The position numbers and the translations under genes are program-made. From the NCBI GenBank assembly GCA_017444645.1, contig JAFSWG010000033.1:3267-67266 (forward strand): a stretch of 64,000 bases of DNA. Direction: 5' to 3'. The notes beneath the pieces are model-generated. The model ran no database searches. It was not told the origin of the DNA and saw nothing but the letters and a program-made list of their open reading frames with translations. Below are positions 1 through 9,582 of this stretch, in pieces. The first letter of the stretch is position 1; every line of letters starts with the position of its first letter. This DNA is from Acholeplasmatales bacterium. Its GTDB lineage: Bacteria; Bacillota_I; Bacilli_A; Acholeplasmatales; Anaeroplasmataceae.

Positions 1-1
1 T

Positions 2-1285
2 GGTGCATCTCGTGTTCGTGATATGTTTAAAACAGCAAAAGAAAATGCACCATGTATCGTATTCATTGATGAAATTGATGCCGTTGGTAGACAACGTGGT
101 GCTGGTATGGGTGGAGGACACGATGAACGTGAACAAACACTTAACCAATTATTAGTTGAAATGGATGGATTTGTTGGAAATACTGGTATTATCATTATGG
201 CAGCAACTAACCGTCCTGACGTATTAGACCCTGCGTTATTAAGACCAGGTCGTTTTGATAGACAAATTACTATTTCTAACCCAGATGTATTAGGTAGAGA
301 AGCAATATTAAAGGTACATGCTAGAAATAAACATTTAGATCCTAGCGTTAAATTAAATGAAATAGCACAAAGAACTCCAGGATTCTCTGGTGCAGATATT
401 GAAAACTTATTAAATGAAGCAGCATTGCTTGCAGCAAGAGAAAATCGTAAGGTTATCTCTACATCAGATATCGATGAAGCAATTGACCGTGTTATGATGG
501 GACCTGCAAAGAAATCTAAAAAATATACTGAACATGAACGTAAGCTTGTTGCTTACCATGAAGCAGGACATGCTGTTATTGGTTTAAGACTTGAAAATGC
601 ATCAGTAGTTCAAAAGATTACAATTGTACCACGTGGTCAAGCTGGTGGTTATAATTTAATGATGCCAAAAGAAGAAACATACTTTAGAACTAAAGAACAA
701 TTATTAGAAACTATTACAGGTTTCTTAGGTGGACGTGTTGCTGAAGAAATAACATTCTCTGATATTTCTACAGGTGCATCAAATGACTTTGAAAATGCAA
801 CAAAAATCGCTCGTGCAATGGTTACAGAATATGGTATGTCTGATTTAGGTCCTATTCAATATGAACAACCTAATGGTAGTATCTTCCTAGGAAGAGATTA
901 TTTAAAGGATAAAAACTTCTCTGATCAAGTTGCATTAGAAATTGATAAAGAAGTTAGAAGTATTATTGAAGGATGTTATTCAAAGGCTAAAGAGGTATTA
1001 ACTACTAATACAGAATTATTAAAGACAATAGCTGAATATTTATTATTAGTTGAAACATTAACTAAATCTGATATTGATGAAATTAATAAAACAGGTCATT
1101 TAAAATGGGTTGATGAAAAATTCAAAGAACCAGAGCCTGAAACAGCAACTGAAACTAAAGAAGATGTAAATACTTCTACTGATGCAAAAACTGAAGAACC
1201 AACTGTTGAAGTAAAAGAAGAATCTAACAAGGAAGAGGTAGTAGCTGAAAAGGATGATAATCCTAAATCAGATACTAATGAATAA
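2..1285 (+). CDS. ftsH: ATP-dependent zinc metalloprotease FtsH (5' truncated by window edge)
   Basis: Walker [34 protein letters not shown], zinc motif HEAGH; frame open from position 2 (GASRVRDMF); acidic low-complexity C-tail. Confidence 0.98.
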   Translation, partial: GASRVRDMFKTAKENAPCIVFIDEIDAVGRQRGAGMGGGHDEREQTLNQLLVEMDGFVGNTGIIIMAATNRPDVLDPALLRPGRFDRQITISNPDVLGREAILKVHARNKHLDPSVKLNEIAQRTPGFSGADIENLLNEAALLAARENRKVISTSDIDEAIDRVMMGPAKKSKKYTEHERKLVAYHEAGHAVIGLRLENASVVQKITIVPRGQAGGYNLMMPKEETYFRTKEQLLETITGFLGGRVAEEITFSDISTGASNDFENATKIARAMVTEYGMSDLGPIQYEQPNGSIFLGRDYLKDKNFSDQVALEIDKEVRSIIEGCYSKAKEVLTTNTELLKTIAEYLLLVETLTKSDIDEINKTGHLKWVDEKFKEPEPETATETKEDVNTSTDAKTEEPTVEVKEESNKEEVVAEKDDNPKSDTNE

Positions 1286-1548
1286 TGAGATTAGATAAAT
1301 ATCTTAAAGTCTCTAGATTAATTAAAAGAAGAACAGTCGCAAAGGATGTTGCTAACGCATCAAGAGTATTAGTTAATGACATTCCTGCTAAACCTTCTAA
1401 AGAATTAAAAATTGGAGATATTATTACTGTTGAATTTGGTACAAAGGTTGTTAAGGTGAAAGTTATATCACTTGAAGCATCAGTAAAAAAAGCTGACGCA
1501 ACTCTTATGTATGAGTTCTTAAGTGAAGAAAAAAGAGAACAAAATTAA
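1285..1548 (+). CDS. rqcP: S4-domain RNA-binding protein, YabO/RqcP (Hsp15) family
   Basis: [20 protein letters not shown] start typical of YabO; 87 aa; TAATG overlap with ftsH. Confidence 0.88.
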   Translation: MRLDKYLKVSRLIKRRTVAKDVANASRVLVNDIPAKPSKELKIGDIITVEFGTKVVKVKVISLEASVKKADATLMYEFLSEEKREQN

Positions 1549-1613
1549 AAAAATTAAATTTTTTTGAAAAATTATTAAATTTCCTGACTATTATTATAAT
1601 GGAGGGAAAAATA

Positions 1614-3761
1614 ATGATAAAAAAATTTTTAATGCTAAGTGTCATTACAATTGTGATGACACTTTTTCTTTTAAGTGCTTCAATAAGCACTTATGCAGCG
1701 ACTAAAACATATGAGGATGGTTATATGCCATTAAATGAATCGACCTCGTATGTTGATGAAATTAAACCAAATATTATAAAATCATATTCAGATTCATGCT
1801 GTACTGAATATGCGTCAGGCTTATTATGGTCTAGTAAAAATAATGGTTTAAAAATCATCAGAAAAAGAATAGTATATGGAGAAACAAGTGATAATTATAT
1901 TACTACTGAATTTATTCCATATCAAAATGGCTTGGGTAAATTTATATTAAAGTATAATGATGTAATTTATATTGAATATTCAATGATAAAAGCTGATAAT
2001 ATAAAAATATTTAACACAGCTAATACATTAGATTTTAATGATCCAACAAAGCCAGAATATCAAAATTGTGAAAGAGTAAGATTAGGTGCACCAGAAACCA
2101 CAATTGAAAATAATACAGGTATAAATATGCCATTGTTAACTGATTACGAGGATCTTGCAATTGTTAAGACATATGAGTCTACAAATACTATTGAGATTAG
2201 TAAGAATATAATTGATGTTCCTACTAGAGAAGAATTGTTACATAAGCCAATTGAATTAGGCTCAGGATTAAAAATTGATGAATCTAATAATTTCATAATT
2301 GGTGGTAATTATATTACTGATTCAAATGGATTTATTGAAAATGGTACATATTATTTCAAGGTAGGTGCCAAATACGAAAATAAGCTATATTCAGTAATTT
2401 ATAAAATAAATGTATTACCAATAAATTACAATTTACCTGAAATAAATACTAATGTTACAAGACAAGTAACATTAGATGAAATAAAGTCTGAAATAGATAG
2501 AATGGGTATAGTAAATTATGAGATAGACCAATCACAATATTTAAGATATTTTGATGTAGTAGGTAATTATATAATAAATGTTAATGTTAGTGCTAAAGGT
2601 AAAACATTTGCTTATAATCTACCAATTATTGTAAGTGATACTGGTGATAATAAGATTAAATTAAAAAATAAGGATTTATTAACTGTAGGTTATAATGAAG
2701 AATTAGATTATGAAGCTTTCAAAGACAATATTGATTTTAGTTATATATTATTAAAAGAATATACAATTAATTATGATGATTATATTAAAAATAAAGATAA
2801 AATAGGTAGCTATCTAATTCATATTAAAGCTATAGATACAGATGATATTATATATATTCAATCTTATTTTATAGATGTAGTTGATGATGTAGCACCAACT
2901 GTAAGTATTAATGGAATATTAAAAACTAAATATAGCTATAAAGAAAATGTATCTATTGAATCAATAAAGGATATGTTAAAGGTTGAGGATAAATCAAAAG
3001 TTACAATTACTTATAATTCTCAAGGTATTGATTTTAGTATTCCTGGAGAATATGTAATTAATTTTATTATTAAAGATGAATATCAAAATGAAACAATGTA
3101 TCCTGTTAACATTGAAATAGTAGATGATATAGCACCTAAAATAATAGTTAATGATATCCAAGCCACAACTGATTTATTATTAACTGAAGATATAATAAAG
3201 TCACAAATATACGTAAATGATGAAATTGATGGAAAGTTATCTAAAGAAAATATAAGTATAATTGATATCAACAATTATAGTAATAACTATGATAAACCAG
3301 GTACTTATAGATTCGAGGCTACAGCAACAGATTCAAGTGGTAATGAAGGATATAGTTCATTTAATATTGTTGTTAATGCTAAGGAAGAAGAAATTCAAAA
3401 ACCAAATGATAATACAATAGTTGTTGATAGGGATGTAAAATTAACAGAAGATGATGTAAAAGAATACCTTGTAGATAAAGGATATATTGATTCAAATGCT
3501 GAAGTAGAAATATCATCTGATTATTTTACTGATGAACAGATTTCAAAAGATACATATGACTTAGAAGTAAAAAATGGAGATAATATTAATAATTATGAAA
3601 TTAAAATAAAAGAAAATAATGTATCTTATGATATGGCAAGTACAACAAATGAGAATAATGAATCAAGTAATTTACCATTAATTATTACGTTTATAATAAT
3701 TGGTGTATTAGCAACAGCTAGTGGAATATTAATATTTGTAATTTATAAGAAACGTCATTAA
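1614..3761 (+). CDS. Surface protein with signal peptide, repeated Ig-like domains and C-terminal membrane anchor
   Basis: GGAGG RBS at 1601-1605 favours ATG 1614; KK plus hydrophobic signal ending TYA; repeated V-D-D-x-A-P-x-I/V linkers; C-terminal TM followed by KKRH. Confidence 0.7.
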   Translation: MIKKFLMLSVITIVMTLFLLSASISTYAATKTYEDGYMPLNESTSYVDEIKPNIIKSYSDSCCTEYASGLLWSSKNNGLKIIRKRIVYGETSDNYITTEFIPYQNGLGKFILKYNDVIYIEYSMIKADNIKIFNTANTLDFNDPTKPEYQNCERVRLGAPETTIENNTGINMPLLTDYEDLAIVKTYESTNTIEISKNIIDVPTREELLHKPIELGSGLKIDESNNFIIGGNYITDSNGFIENGTYYFKVGAKYENKLYSVIYKINVLPINYNLPEINTNVTRQVTLDEIKSEIDRMGIVNYEIDQSQYLRYFDVVGNYIINVNVSAKGKTFAYNLPIIVSDTGDNKIKLKNKDLLTVGYNEELDYEAFKDNIDFSYILLKEYTINYDDYIKNKDKIGSYLIHIKAIDTDDIIYIQSYFIDVVDDVAPTVSINGILKTKYSYKENVSIESIKDMLKVEDKSKVTITYNSQGIDFSIPGEYVINFIIKDEYQNETMYPVNIEIVDDIAPKIIVNDIQATTDLLLTEDIIKSQIYVNDEIDGKLSKENISIIDINNYSNNYDKPGTYRFEATATDSSGNEGYSSFNIVVNAKEEEIQKPNDNTIVVDRDVKLTEDDVKEYLVDKGYIDSNAEVEISSDYFTDEQISKDTYDLEVKNGDNINNYEIKIKENNVSYDMASTTNENNESSNLPLIITFIIIGVLATASGILIFVIYKKRH

Positions 3762-3764
3762 GTA

Positions 3765-3796
3765 TTGAAAAAATGCATAATTATGCTATAATTATG
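3765..3796 (+). promoter_or_regulatory. Sigma-A promoter of the TA operon with overlapping palindromic operator
   Basis: TTGAAA 3765-3770, 16-nt spacer, TGcTATAAT ending 3792; palindrome GCATAATTATGC 3775-3786 and second ATAATTATG 3788-3796. Confidence 0.75.
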
Positions 3797-3816
3797 TTAT
3801 GAAAGAAGGTGTTTTT

Positions 3817-4074
3817 ATGCAAATAATACCAATTAAAGAATTAAGAGACACAAATAAAATATCAGATTTATGTAATGAAACAAATGAACCAATTTATATT
3901 ACAAAAAATGGATATGGTGACATGGTTATCATGAGTATAAAGACATATGAAGAAAAATTGGAAAGAATCGCAATTTACGAGTCTATATTAGCCGGACTTA
4001 AAGACGTTGAAGAAGGAAGAGTAGTAGATGGCCCTACTGCAATTAAGGAGTTAAGAAAAAAATATGGCTTATAA
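3817..4074 (+). CDS. Phd/YefM family antitoxin
   Basis: MQIIPIKELR...EPIYITKNGYGDMVIMSI..YE pattern; overlaps downstream toxin; start moved to ATG 3817 after GAAGGT RBS. Confidence 0.9.
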   Translation: MQIIPIKELRDTNKISDLCNETNEPIYITKNGYGDMVIMSIKTYEEKLERIAIYESILAGLKDVEEGRVVDGPTAIKELRKKYGL

Positions 4075-4363
4075 ATATGAATTTAGTGATGCTGCATTAA
4101 AAGATATTGAGCACGTACTAAATTATATTTCAAATGAATTATGTAATAGGAAAGCAGCGGATGATTTAATTATTGAGATTGACAAAAATATTAAAAATAT
4201 ATGCTTGTTCCCAATGTCTTATCCTAACTGTGAGTATTATTATACAAAAAATGAAATGCTTAGACATTTAAGAATCAAAAAGTTTATTTTAACCTATAAA
4301 ATAACAGAAGATAAAATTTTGATTTTAAGTTTTAGATATTTTAAACAAAATAGAATTATGTAA
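4064..4363 (+). CDS. RelE/ParE family toxin
   Basis: YKYEFSDAALKDIEHVLNYIS...FP.SYP...LRHLRIKKFILTYKI; 99 aa; overlaps antitoxin. Confidence 0.85.
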   Translation: MAYKYEFSDAALKDIEHVLNYISNELCNRKAADDLIIEIDKNIKNICLFPMSYPNCEYYYTKNEMLRHLRIKKFILTYKITEDKILILSFRYFKQNRIM

Positions 4364-4391
4364 AAAATGTTGTAAAGGTGGAAGATTTTCT

Positions 4392-5732
4392 ATGGTTGAT
4401 AATATTGCTGCAATTGCTACGCCATATGGTGTTGGCGCTATATCATTAATTAGATGTAGTGGACCAGATGCAATTAAATTAGTAAATAATATATTTAAAG
4501 GAAAAGATTTAAATAATGTTAAAACACACACAATTCATCATGGTTATATTATGGATAATGATGAGATAGTAGATGATGTATTATGTAGTGTATTTATAGG
4601 ACCTAAATCATTTGATGGTGAAAATATGGTTGAAATTAGTACACATGGTGGAATCTATGTTACTAATTTAGTGTTACAAACATTATTAAAAAATGGATTT
4701 AGATTAGCTGAAAGAGGAGAATTTTCTAAAAGAGCATTCTTAAATCATAAGCTTGATTTAACTCAAGCTGAATCAATAATGGATGTAATATCTTCTACAA
4801 ATAAGCTTGCCCTAAAGGGAAGCCAATCTTCACTTAGAAAATCAACATATAATTTGATAAAGAAGTTTAGAGATAAATTATTAGATATATTAGCTAAAAT
4901 AGAAGTTAATATTGATTATCCAGAGTATGATGACGCTATTGAAGTAACTAATACATATTTAAAGCCACTAATTGATGAAATGCTATTAGATATGAAAGAA
5001 ATATTAAAAAATTCTGAGATATCTACAATTGCTATACATGGTATCAAAACATGTATTGTAGGAAAGCCTAATGTTGGAAAATCTTCATTATTGAATACAT
5101 TACTTGATGAGGATAAAGCAATTGTATCAAGTGTTGCTGGAACAACAAGAGATATGGTTGAAGGGAGCTTTAATCTAGGAAATATTACATTACATTTAAT
5201 CGATACTGCAGGTATTCACGAAAGTACTGATTTAGTTGAATCTATAGGTATTAAAAAATCAGAGGCAGCGATAGAATCAGCAGATTTAATATTCTTAGTT
5301 CTTGATTCTAGTAATGAACTAGAAGAAGAGGATTATGAATTATTAAAGCTTACAGAGAATAAAAAGAGAATAATTATAGCTAACAAAATTGATTTAAATC
5401 CAAAATGGAATATTGATAATGCAATATATATATCAGCTTTAAATAAAGAAGGATTAAAAGAATTAGAAAATAAAATATTAGAAATAACTAATATTAATAC
5501 GTTCGAATCATTAAATGGTAATTATTTAAATAACACTAGACAAATTAATTTAATGCAGAAGGCCTATAATTCCTTATTAAATGCTAAATCATCATGTGAT
5601 AACATGATTGATATAGATTTAATAGAAATTGATATTAAAGACGCATTTGATTCTTTAGGAGAAATAACAGGTGAAGCATCTCCTGAGGAATTAATAACAG
5701 CATTATTTACAAAGTTCTGTTTAGGAAAATAA
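4392..5732 (+). CDS. mnmE: tRNA modification GTPase MnmE
   Basis: IAAIATP start, GKPNVGKSS, DTAG, NKID, C-terminal FCLGK. Confidence 0.98.
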   Translation: MVDNIAAIATPYGVGAISLIRCSGPDAIKLVNNIFKGKDLNNVKTHTIHHGYIMDNDEIVDDVLCSVFIGPKSFDGENMVEISTHGGIYVTNLVLQTLLKNGFRLAERGEFSKRAFLNHKLDLTQAESIMDVISSTNKLALKGSQSSLRKSTYNLIKKFRDKLLDILAKIEVNIDYPEYDDAIEVTNTYLKPLIDEMLLDMKEILKNSEISTIAIHGIKTCIVGKPNVGKSSLLNTLLDEDKAIVSSVAGTTRDMVEGSFNLGNITLHLIDTAGIHESTDLVESIGIKKSEAAIESADLIFLVLDSSNELEEEDYELLKLTENKKRIIIANKIDLNPKWNIDNAIYISALNKEGLKELENKILEITNINTFESLNGNYLNNTRQINLMQKAYNSLLNAKSSCDNMIDIDLIEIDIKDAFDSLGEITGEASPEELITALFTKFCLGK

Positions 5733-5733
5733 T

Positions 5734-5768
5734 AAATATCCCTCATACAATGTGTGAGGGATATTTTT
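5734..5768 (+). terminator. Intrinsic terminator after mnmE
   Basis: AAATATCCCTCA...TGAGGGATATTT stem then T-run. Confidence 0.85.
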
Positions 5769-5872
5769 ATGAAAAGTATTATAATTTTATTTTAACAATA
5801 TTATAAAAAAACATAGTTTTTCTATAATTATATAGTATAATTATAATAGTTTTTAGAAAGAGAGGCGATATA

Positions 5873-6439
5873 ATGGGTCCAAAAGAATTCTTTTCTGCAG
5901 TATGGAAATTAATGTTTCCTAAGAAAGAAAAAGTAGTTGAAAGACCAGGTGTAATAGGACACTATGATTCTAAGCCTTATCATAATTTTCATTATGCATT
6001 AATATATGCAAATGAAACAATGGTTTTTGATAATGAAAAAGTAGAGATATTCTCTAGAATATATAAGAATACTACATTTGTTAATGTACTAGTTAAAGAT
6101 GAAGATGGTTTTAACATAGATGATTATCATTTCGATAAAATAAAATCCGTATTAGATGGTAAAACTTATTTATCAACTAAAGGAGAGGAATTGGAATTTA
6201 GTGAAACTAAGAACAATATTGTTTTAGTATTATTCCAACACTATAATGAAAATACTGTTAATCAAGCTGTTAAATTCTGTAATTCATCAAAAACTAATTT
6301 TGAACAAGCCGTAGTATATAATGCTAAAAATGTACAAATGGATTTTTATAAACCAGTACCTAAATTCTATGCTTTATATGATATATTCTGCGAAGATCTA
6401 TATTTTGATTTAGCATTTATTGATGATACGAGGGAATAA
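5873..6439 (+). CDS. Hypothetical protein
   Basis: 188-aa ORF with GAGG RBS; no motif recognised. Confidence 0.7.
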   Translation: MGPKEFFSAVWKLMFPKKEKVVERPGVIGHYDSKPYHNFHYALIYANETMVFDNEKVEIFSRIYKNTTFVNVLVKDEDGFNIDDYHFDKIKSVLDGKTYLSTKGEELEFSETKNNIVLVLFQHYNENTVNQAVKFCNSSKTNFEQAVVYNAKNVQMDFYKPVPKFYALYDIFCEDLYFDLAFIDDTRE

Positions 6440-6440
6440 T

Positions 6441-7085
6441 ATGAAAAATATTAAAGCGAGAACCCTATGGATAATAGTTGGTGTATTGTTTGTAATTGCT
6501 GTTGGATTAATATTTGCAGTTCAATACACAAATGATGTTTTAAACAAGGTTTGTTTAGTTTCATTAATTGTTACTTTTATATTAATTACAGTTTTAATTC
6601 AATTTGCTTCAATTAAAAGCTTTGGTAAAGCAAAGATGATTAAGTATAAAGAAATTGAATATAAAACAGATTTAAATGATTTTGAAGAAGTATTAAATAA
6701 GCTTGGTTATAAAAAAACAATTAGAGTATATGGATATAGTTATCTATTAATAGAAAATAGACATGCATATAAAATATCTATTGTAGAATCATCTAATGCT
6801 TATTTTAATAATGATAACGAAGATGACAAAAATCAAAAGCCTAATAAAGAATTAGATAGATGTAAGACATTTATGGGGATAGAAATATTCAATGAAATTG
6901 ATGAAGCAAATGTTGATAAATTAAAAGAATTTACTATTCAAACAAATAATATTTACTATACTGCCTTTGTAAAAATGGAAAACGGAAATTATAAATGTTT
7001 AAATTATGAAGAACCTAAGGATTTACATACTGAATGTTTCGAAAAAATCCTAAAAGATTTACATTTTACTGAAAAAGATAACTAG
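6441..7085 (+). CDS. Hypothetical membrane protein (two N-terminal TM helices)
   Basis: GAGGG RBS before ATG 6441; two hydrophobic segments then a soluble domain. Confidence 0.7.
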   Translation: MKNIKARTLWIIVGVLFVIAVGLIFAVQYTNDVLNKVCLVSLIVTFILITVLIQFASIKSFGKAKMIKYKEIEYKTDLNDFEEVLNKLGYKKTIRVYGYSYLLIENRHAYKISIVESSNAYFNNDNEDDKNQKPNKELDRCKTFMGIEIFNEIDEANVDKLKEFTIQTNNIYYTAFVKMENGNYKCLNYEEPKDLHTECFEKILKDLHFTEKDN

Positions 7086-7097
7086 GAATAGAAAAAT

Positions 7098-7130
7098 GCT
7101 CAAAGATTTTATCTTTGAGTTTTTCTTTTT
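7098..7130 (+). terminator. Intrinsic terminator
   Basis: GCTCAAAGAT-ttt-ATCTTTGAGT plus T-tract. Confidence 0.8.
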
Positions 7131-7152
7131 ACTTTAAAATTATAAAAAATTT

Positions 7153-7202
7153 CTAAAACGTTTAAGGAAATCGTTTACAAATCAAATCTTTAATGATAGA
7201 AT
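7153..7202 (+). promoter_or_regulatory. msmK promoter with LacI-type operator
   Basis: CTAAAACGTTTAAG 7153-7166 (13/14 match to operators at 15671 and 15855); TTTACA 7174-7179, 17 nt, TGaTAGAAT ending 7202. Confidence 0.72.
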
Positions 7203-7240
7203 AATGTTGATAGAGGCAAATTTTAACTTGGAGGATAATT

Positions 7241-9145
7241 ATGGCCAGTTTGAGTTTGAAACACATTTACAAAGTATATGATAATGGATTTAAAGCAGTA
7301 AACGATTTTTCTATGGATATTGCAGATAAAGAATTCATCGTTTTCGTAGGTCCATCAGGATGTGGTAAATCAACTACATTAAGAATGATTGCAGGATTAG
7401 AAGAAATCACTGCAGGCGAATTAAAAATTGGTGACGTTGTAGTTAATAACTATGCACCAAAAGACAGAGATATAGCAATGGTATTCCAAAGTTATGCATT
7501 ATACCCACACATGACTGTATATGATAACATTGCATATAGCTTAAAAATTTCTAAAGTTCCTAAAGAGGAAATCGATAAAAGAGTAAGAGAAGCAGCTGAA
7601 AGTTTAAATATCACTGAATATTTAGATAGAAAGCCCAAAGCTTTATCAGGAGGACAACGTCAAAGAGTTGCCCTAGGTCGTGCGATTGTAAGAAACCCTA
7701 AGGTATTCTTACTAGATGAACCATTATCAAATCTAGATGCTAAATTACGTGCATCAATGAGAAGTGAAATTACTAAACTTCATCAAAGACTACAAACTAC
7801 ATTTATTTATGTAACACATGATCAGGTTGAGGCCATGACTATGGGTACTAGAATTGTAGTTATGAGAAGTGGTTTTGTTCAACAAATTGACACACCAAAA
7901 AATATTTATAATTACCCTGCAAATAAATTTGTTGCTGGTTTTATCGGAACTCCACAAATGAATTTCTATGATGCAGTTTACGATGTAAAAGAAGATAATA
8001 TTTATCTTGATATGGGCTTTGCTAAGATTAGATTATTAAAAGATTTCTTACCAAAGATTAAAGATCAAGTAATTGTATCTGGTAAAAAGGTAGTTGTAGG
8101 TGTTAGACCAGAAAATATTTATTTATACAATGATAAAATGGATAGCGATAAGCTAGACATTATTGATGCTAAAGTTACTGTAGTTGAAGCATTAGGTTCT
8201 GAAACTATAGTTTATGCTGATTTAGATTTAGAAAATGAAAGAGGAATTACAGATAATTCAACAGAAGTTAGAATTAAAATGTTATCTAACTTTGATGTTA
8301 AAGTCGGAGAAACTGTTAAGATTGCTGTAGACCTAGAAAGAATTCACTTATTTGATGCTGAAAGCGAAGAATCAGTTATTCAACGTATTCCAGATGTATT
8401 CTCTAGTGATGCTAATATTGAAGGTAATAAGCTTTCTATTTATGGAAAGGAAATTACATTACCTGAGGCAGTATTAAGCCAAGTACATGATGGATATGTA
8501 TCAGTTAACGTTCCTACTGCAGCAGTAGAATTAGGTGGAAAATATAGTGGTGAAATTGTTCATAAGGATGTTGTAGATACTCAAAATCTATATTGGATTC
8601 AAAGTGGAAAGAGTATTGTATTCCTTAAGACTCCATTAGACGTAAATCTTGAAGGCAAAGTTAATTTTGATATTAATATTGCAGCTATGAAATTATCTGG
8701 TGAAGATTATGTAGCACATAGAATCAATTTATTAGCTAAATTACCTGTTCAAGCTGTTTTACCTTCAAAAGAACAATTACAATTTAAGAGTAATGATGAT
8801 TTATTTAATGTTCCATTTGATATTGCTCAAAAAATGTTTAATACAAAAGGAAAGAAGTTATTAAAGACAAATATTTCAGTATTATTCAACACAGACAATG
8901 ATGGACCTCTTCATTTTAAGGCAAAAGTTCTAAGCATTTTAGATTATGGTGATTTTAAATATGCAAAGGTTGATTACTTTGGAAACCAATTCTTTGTAGT
9001 AGATAAAGGATATAATTCTGGAGACGAAATTACTGTTAATCTAGATTTAGATGATGCGTTAATTACAGATGAAGATATGAATATCATTCTTGTTGGTCAA
9101 GAACCAAGAAGATTACAAAAAATTGATAATTCAAAAGCTGAATAG
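7241..9145 (+). CDS. msmK: Carbohydrate ABC transporter ATPase, MsmK/MalK type, with long C-terminal extension
   Basis: GPSGCGKST, LSGGQRQR, LLDEPLSNLDAKLR, YVTHDQ, FVAGFIG; 634 aa versus about 370-380 aa typical. Confidence 0.9.
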   Translation: MASLSLKHIYKVYDNGFKAVNDFSMDIADKEFIVFVGPSGCGKSTTLRMIAGLEEITAGELKIGDVVVNNYAPKDRDIAMVFQSYALYPHMTVYDNIAYSLKISKVPKEEIDKRVREAAESLNITEYLDRKPKALSGGQRQRVALGRAIVRNPKVFLLDEPLSNLDAKLRASMRSEITKLHQRLQTTFIYVTHDQVEAMTMGTRIVVMRSGFVQQIDTPKNIYNYPANKFVAGFIGTPQMNFYDAVYDVKEDNIYLDMGFAKIRLLKDFLPKIKDQVIVSGKKVVVGVRPENIYLYNDKMDSDKLDIIDAKVTVVEALGSETIVYADLDLENERGITDNSTEVRIKMLSNFDVKVGETVKIAVDLERIHLFDAESEESVIQRIPDVFSSDANIEGNKLSIYGKEITLPEAVLSQVHDGYVSVNVPTAAVELGGKYSGEIVHKDVVDTQNLYWIQSGKSIVFLKTPLDVNLEGKVNFDINIAAMKLSGEDYVAHRINLLAKLPVQAVLPSKEQLQFKSNDDLFNVPFDIAQKMFNTKGKKLLKTNISVLFNTDNDGPLHFKAKVLSILDYGDFKYAKVDYFGNQFFVVDKGYNSGDEITVNLDLDDALITDEDMNIILVGQEPRRLQKIDNSKAE

Positions 9146-9157
9146 AATAGTTTTAAA

Positions 9158-9184
9158 GGAGATGCTAAGGCATCTCCATTTTAC
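9158..9184 (+). terminator. Intrinsic terminator after msmK
   Basis: GGAGATGC-taag-GCATCTCC then ATTTT. Confidence 0.75.
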
Positions 9185-9189
9185 TTATA

Positions 9190-9252
9190 TTGAAAAAAAA
9201 CTGTAAATATGATAAAATCTTTACATAATATTTATTAGTTCTAAACTAATAA
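9190..9252 (+). promoter_or_regulatory. Sigma-A promoter of the STAS/alarmone operon plus downstream inverted repeat
   Basis: TTGAAA 9190-9195, 17 nt, TGaTAAAAT ending 9218; TTATTAGTT-cta-AACTAATAA 9232-9252. Confidence 0.68.
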
Positions 9253-9275
9253 TTCTAACCCTGGAGGTAATCTTT

Positions 9276-9578
9276 ATGGAAATAAAGAAAGAAATAAAAG
9301 AAGATACATTAAATGTAGTAGTGTCAGGGAGATTGGATACTAATACAGCACCAGAACTTGAATCATCAATAAATGACGATATTGTTGGCATTAATGATTT
9401 AAATTTTGATTTTGCAAAATTAGATTATATTTCAAGTGCTGGATTAAGAGTCATTTTAAAATTTCATAAGCAAATGACATCTGTTGGTGGTACATTAACT
9501 ATTTATCATCCAACTGATGAGGTTCTAGAAGTATTTGATATGACAGGATTCTCTACATTTTTAACTATTAAGGAGTAA
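9276..9578 (+). CDS. STAS-domain anti-anti-sigma factor type protein (SpoIIAA/RsbV family)
   Basis: GRLDTNTAPEL, LDYISSAGLR phospho-acceptor loop, VLEVFDMTGF; 100 aa. Confidence 0.93.
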   Translation: MEIKKEIKEDTLNVVVSGRLDTNTAPELESSINDDIVGINDLNFDFAKLDYISSAGLRVILKFHKQMTSVGGTLTIYHPTDEVLEVFDMTGFSTFLTIKE

Positions 9579-9582
9579 TTAT

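Noticed and set aside
5823-5845. Tandem TATAATTATA palindromes resembling the TA operator core
   Set aside because: Pure A/T sequence overlapping a likely -10 box; expected by chance at this composition.
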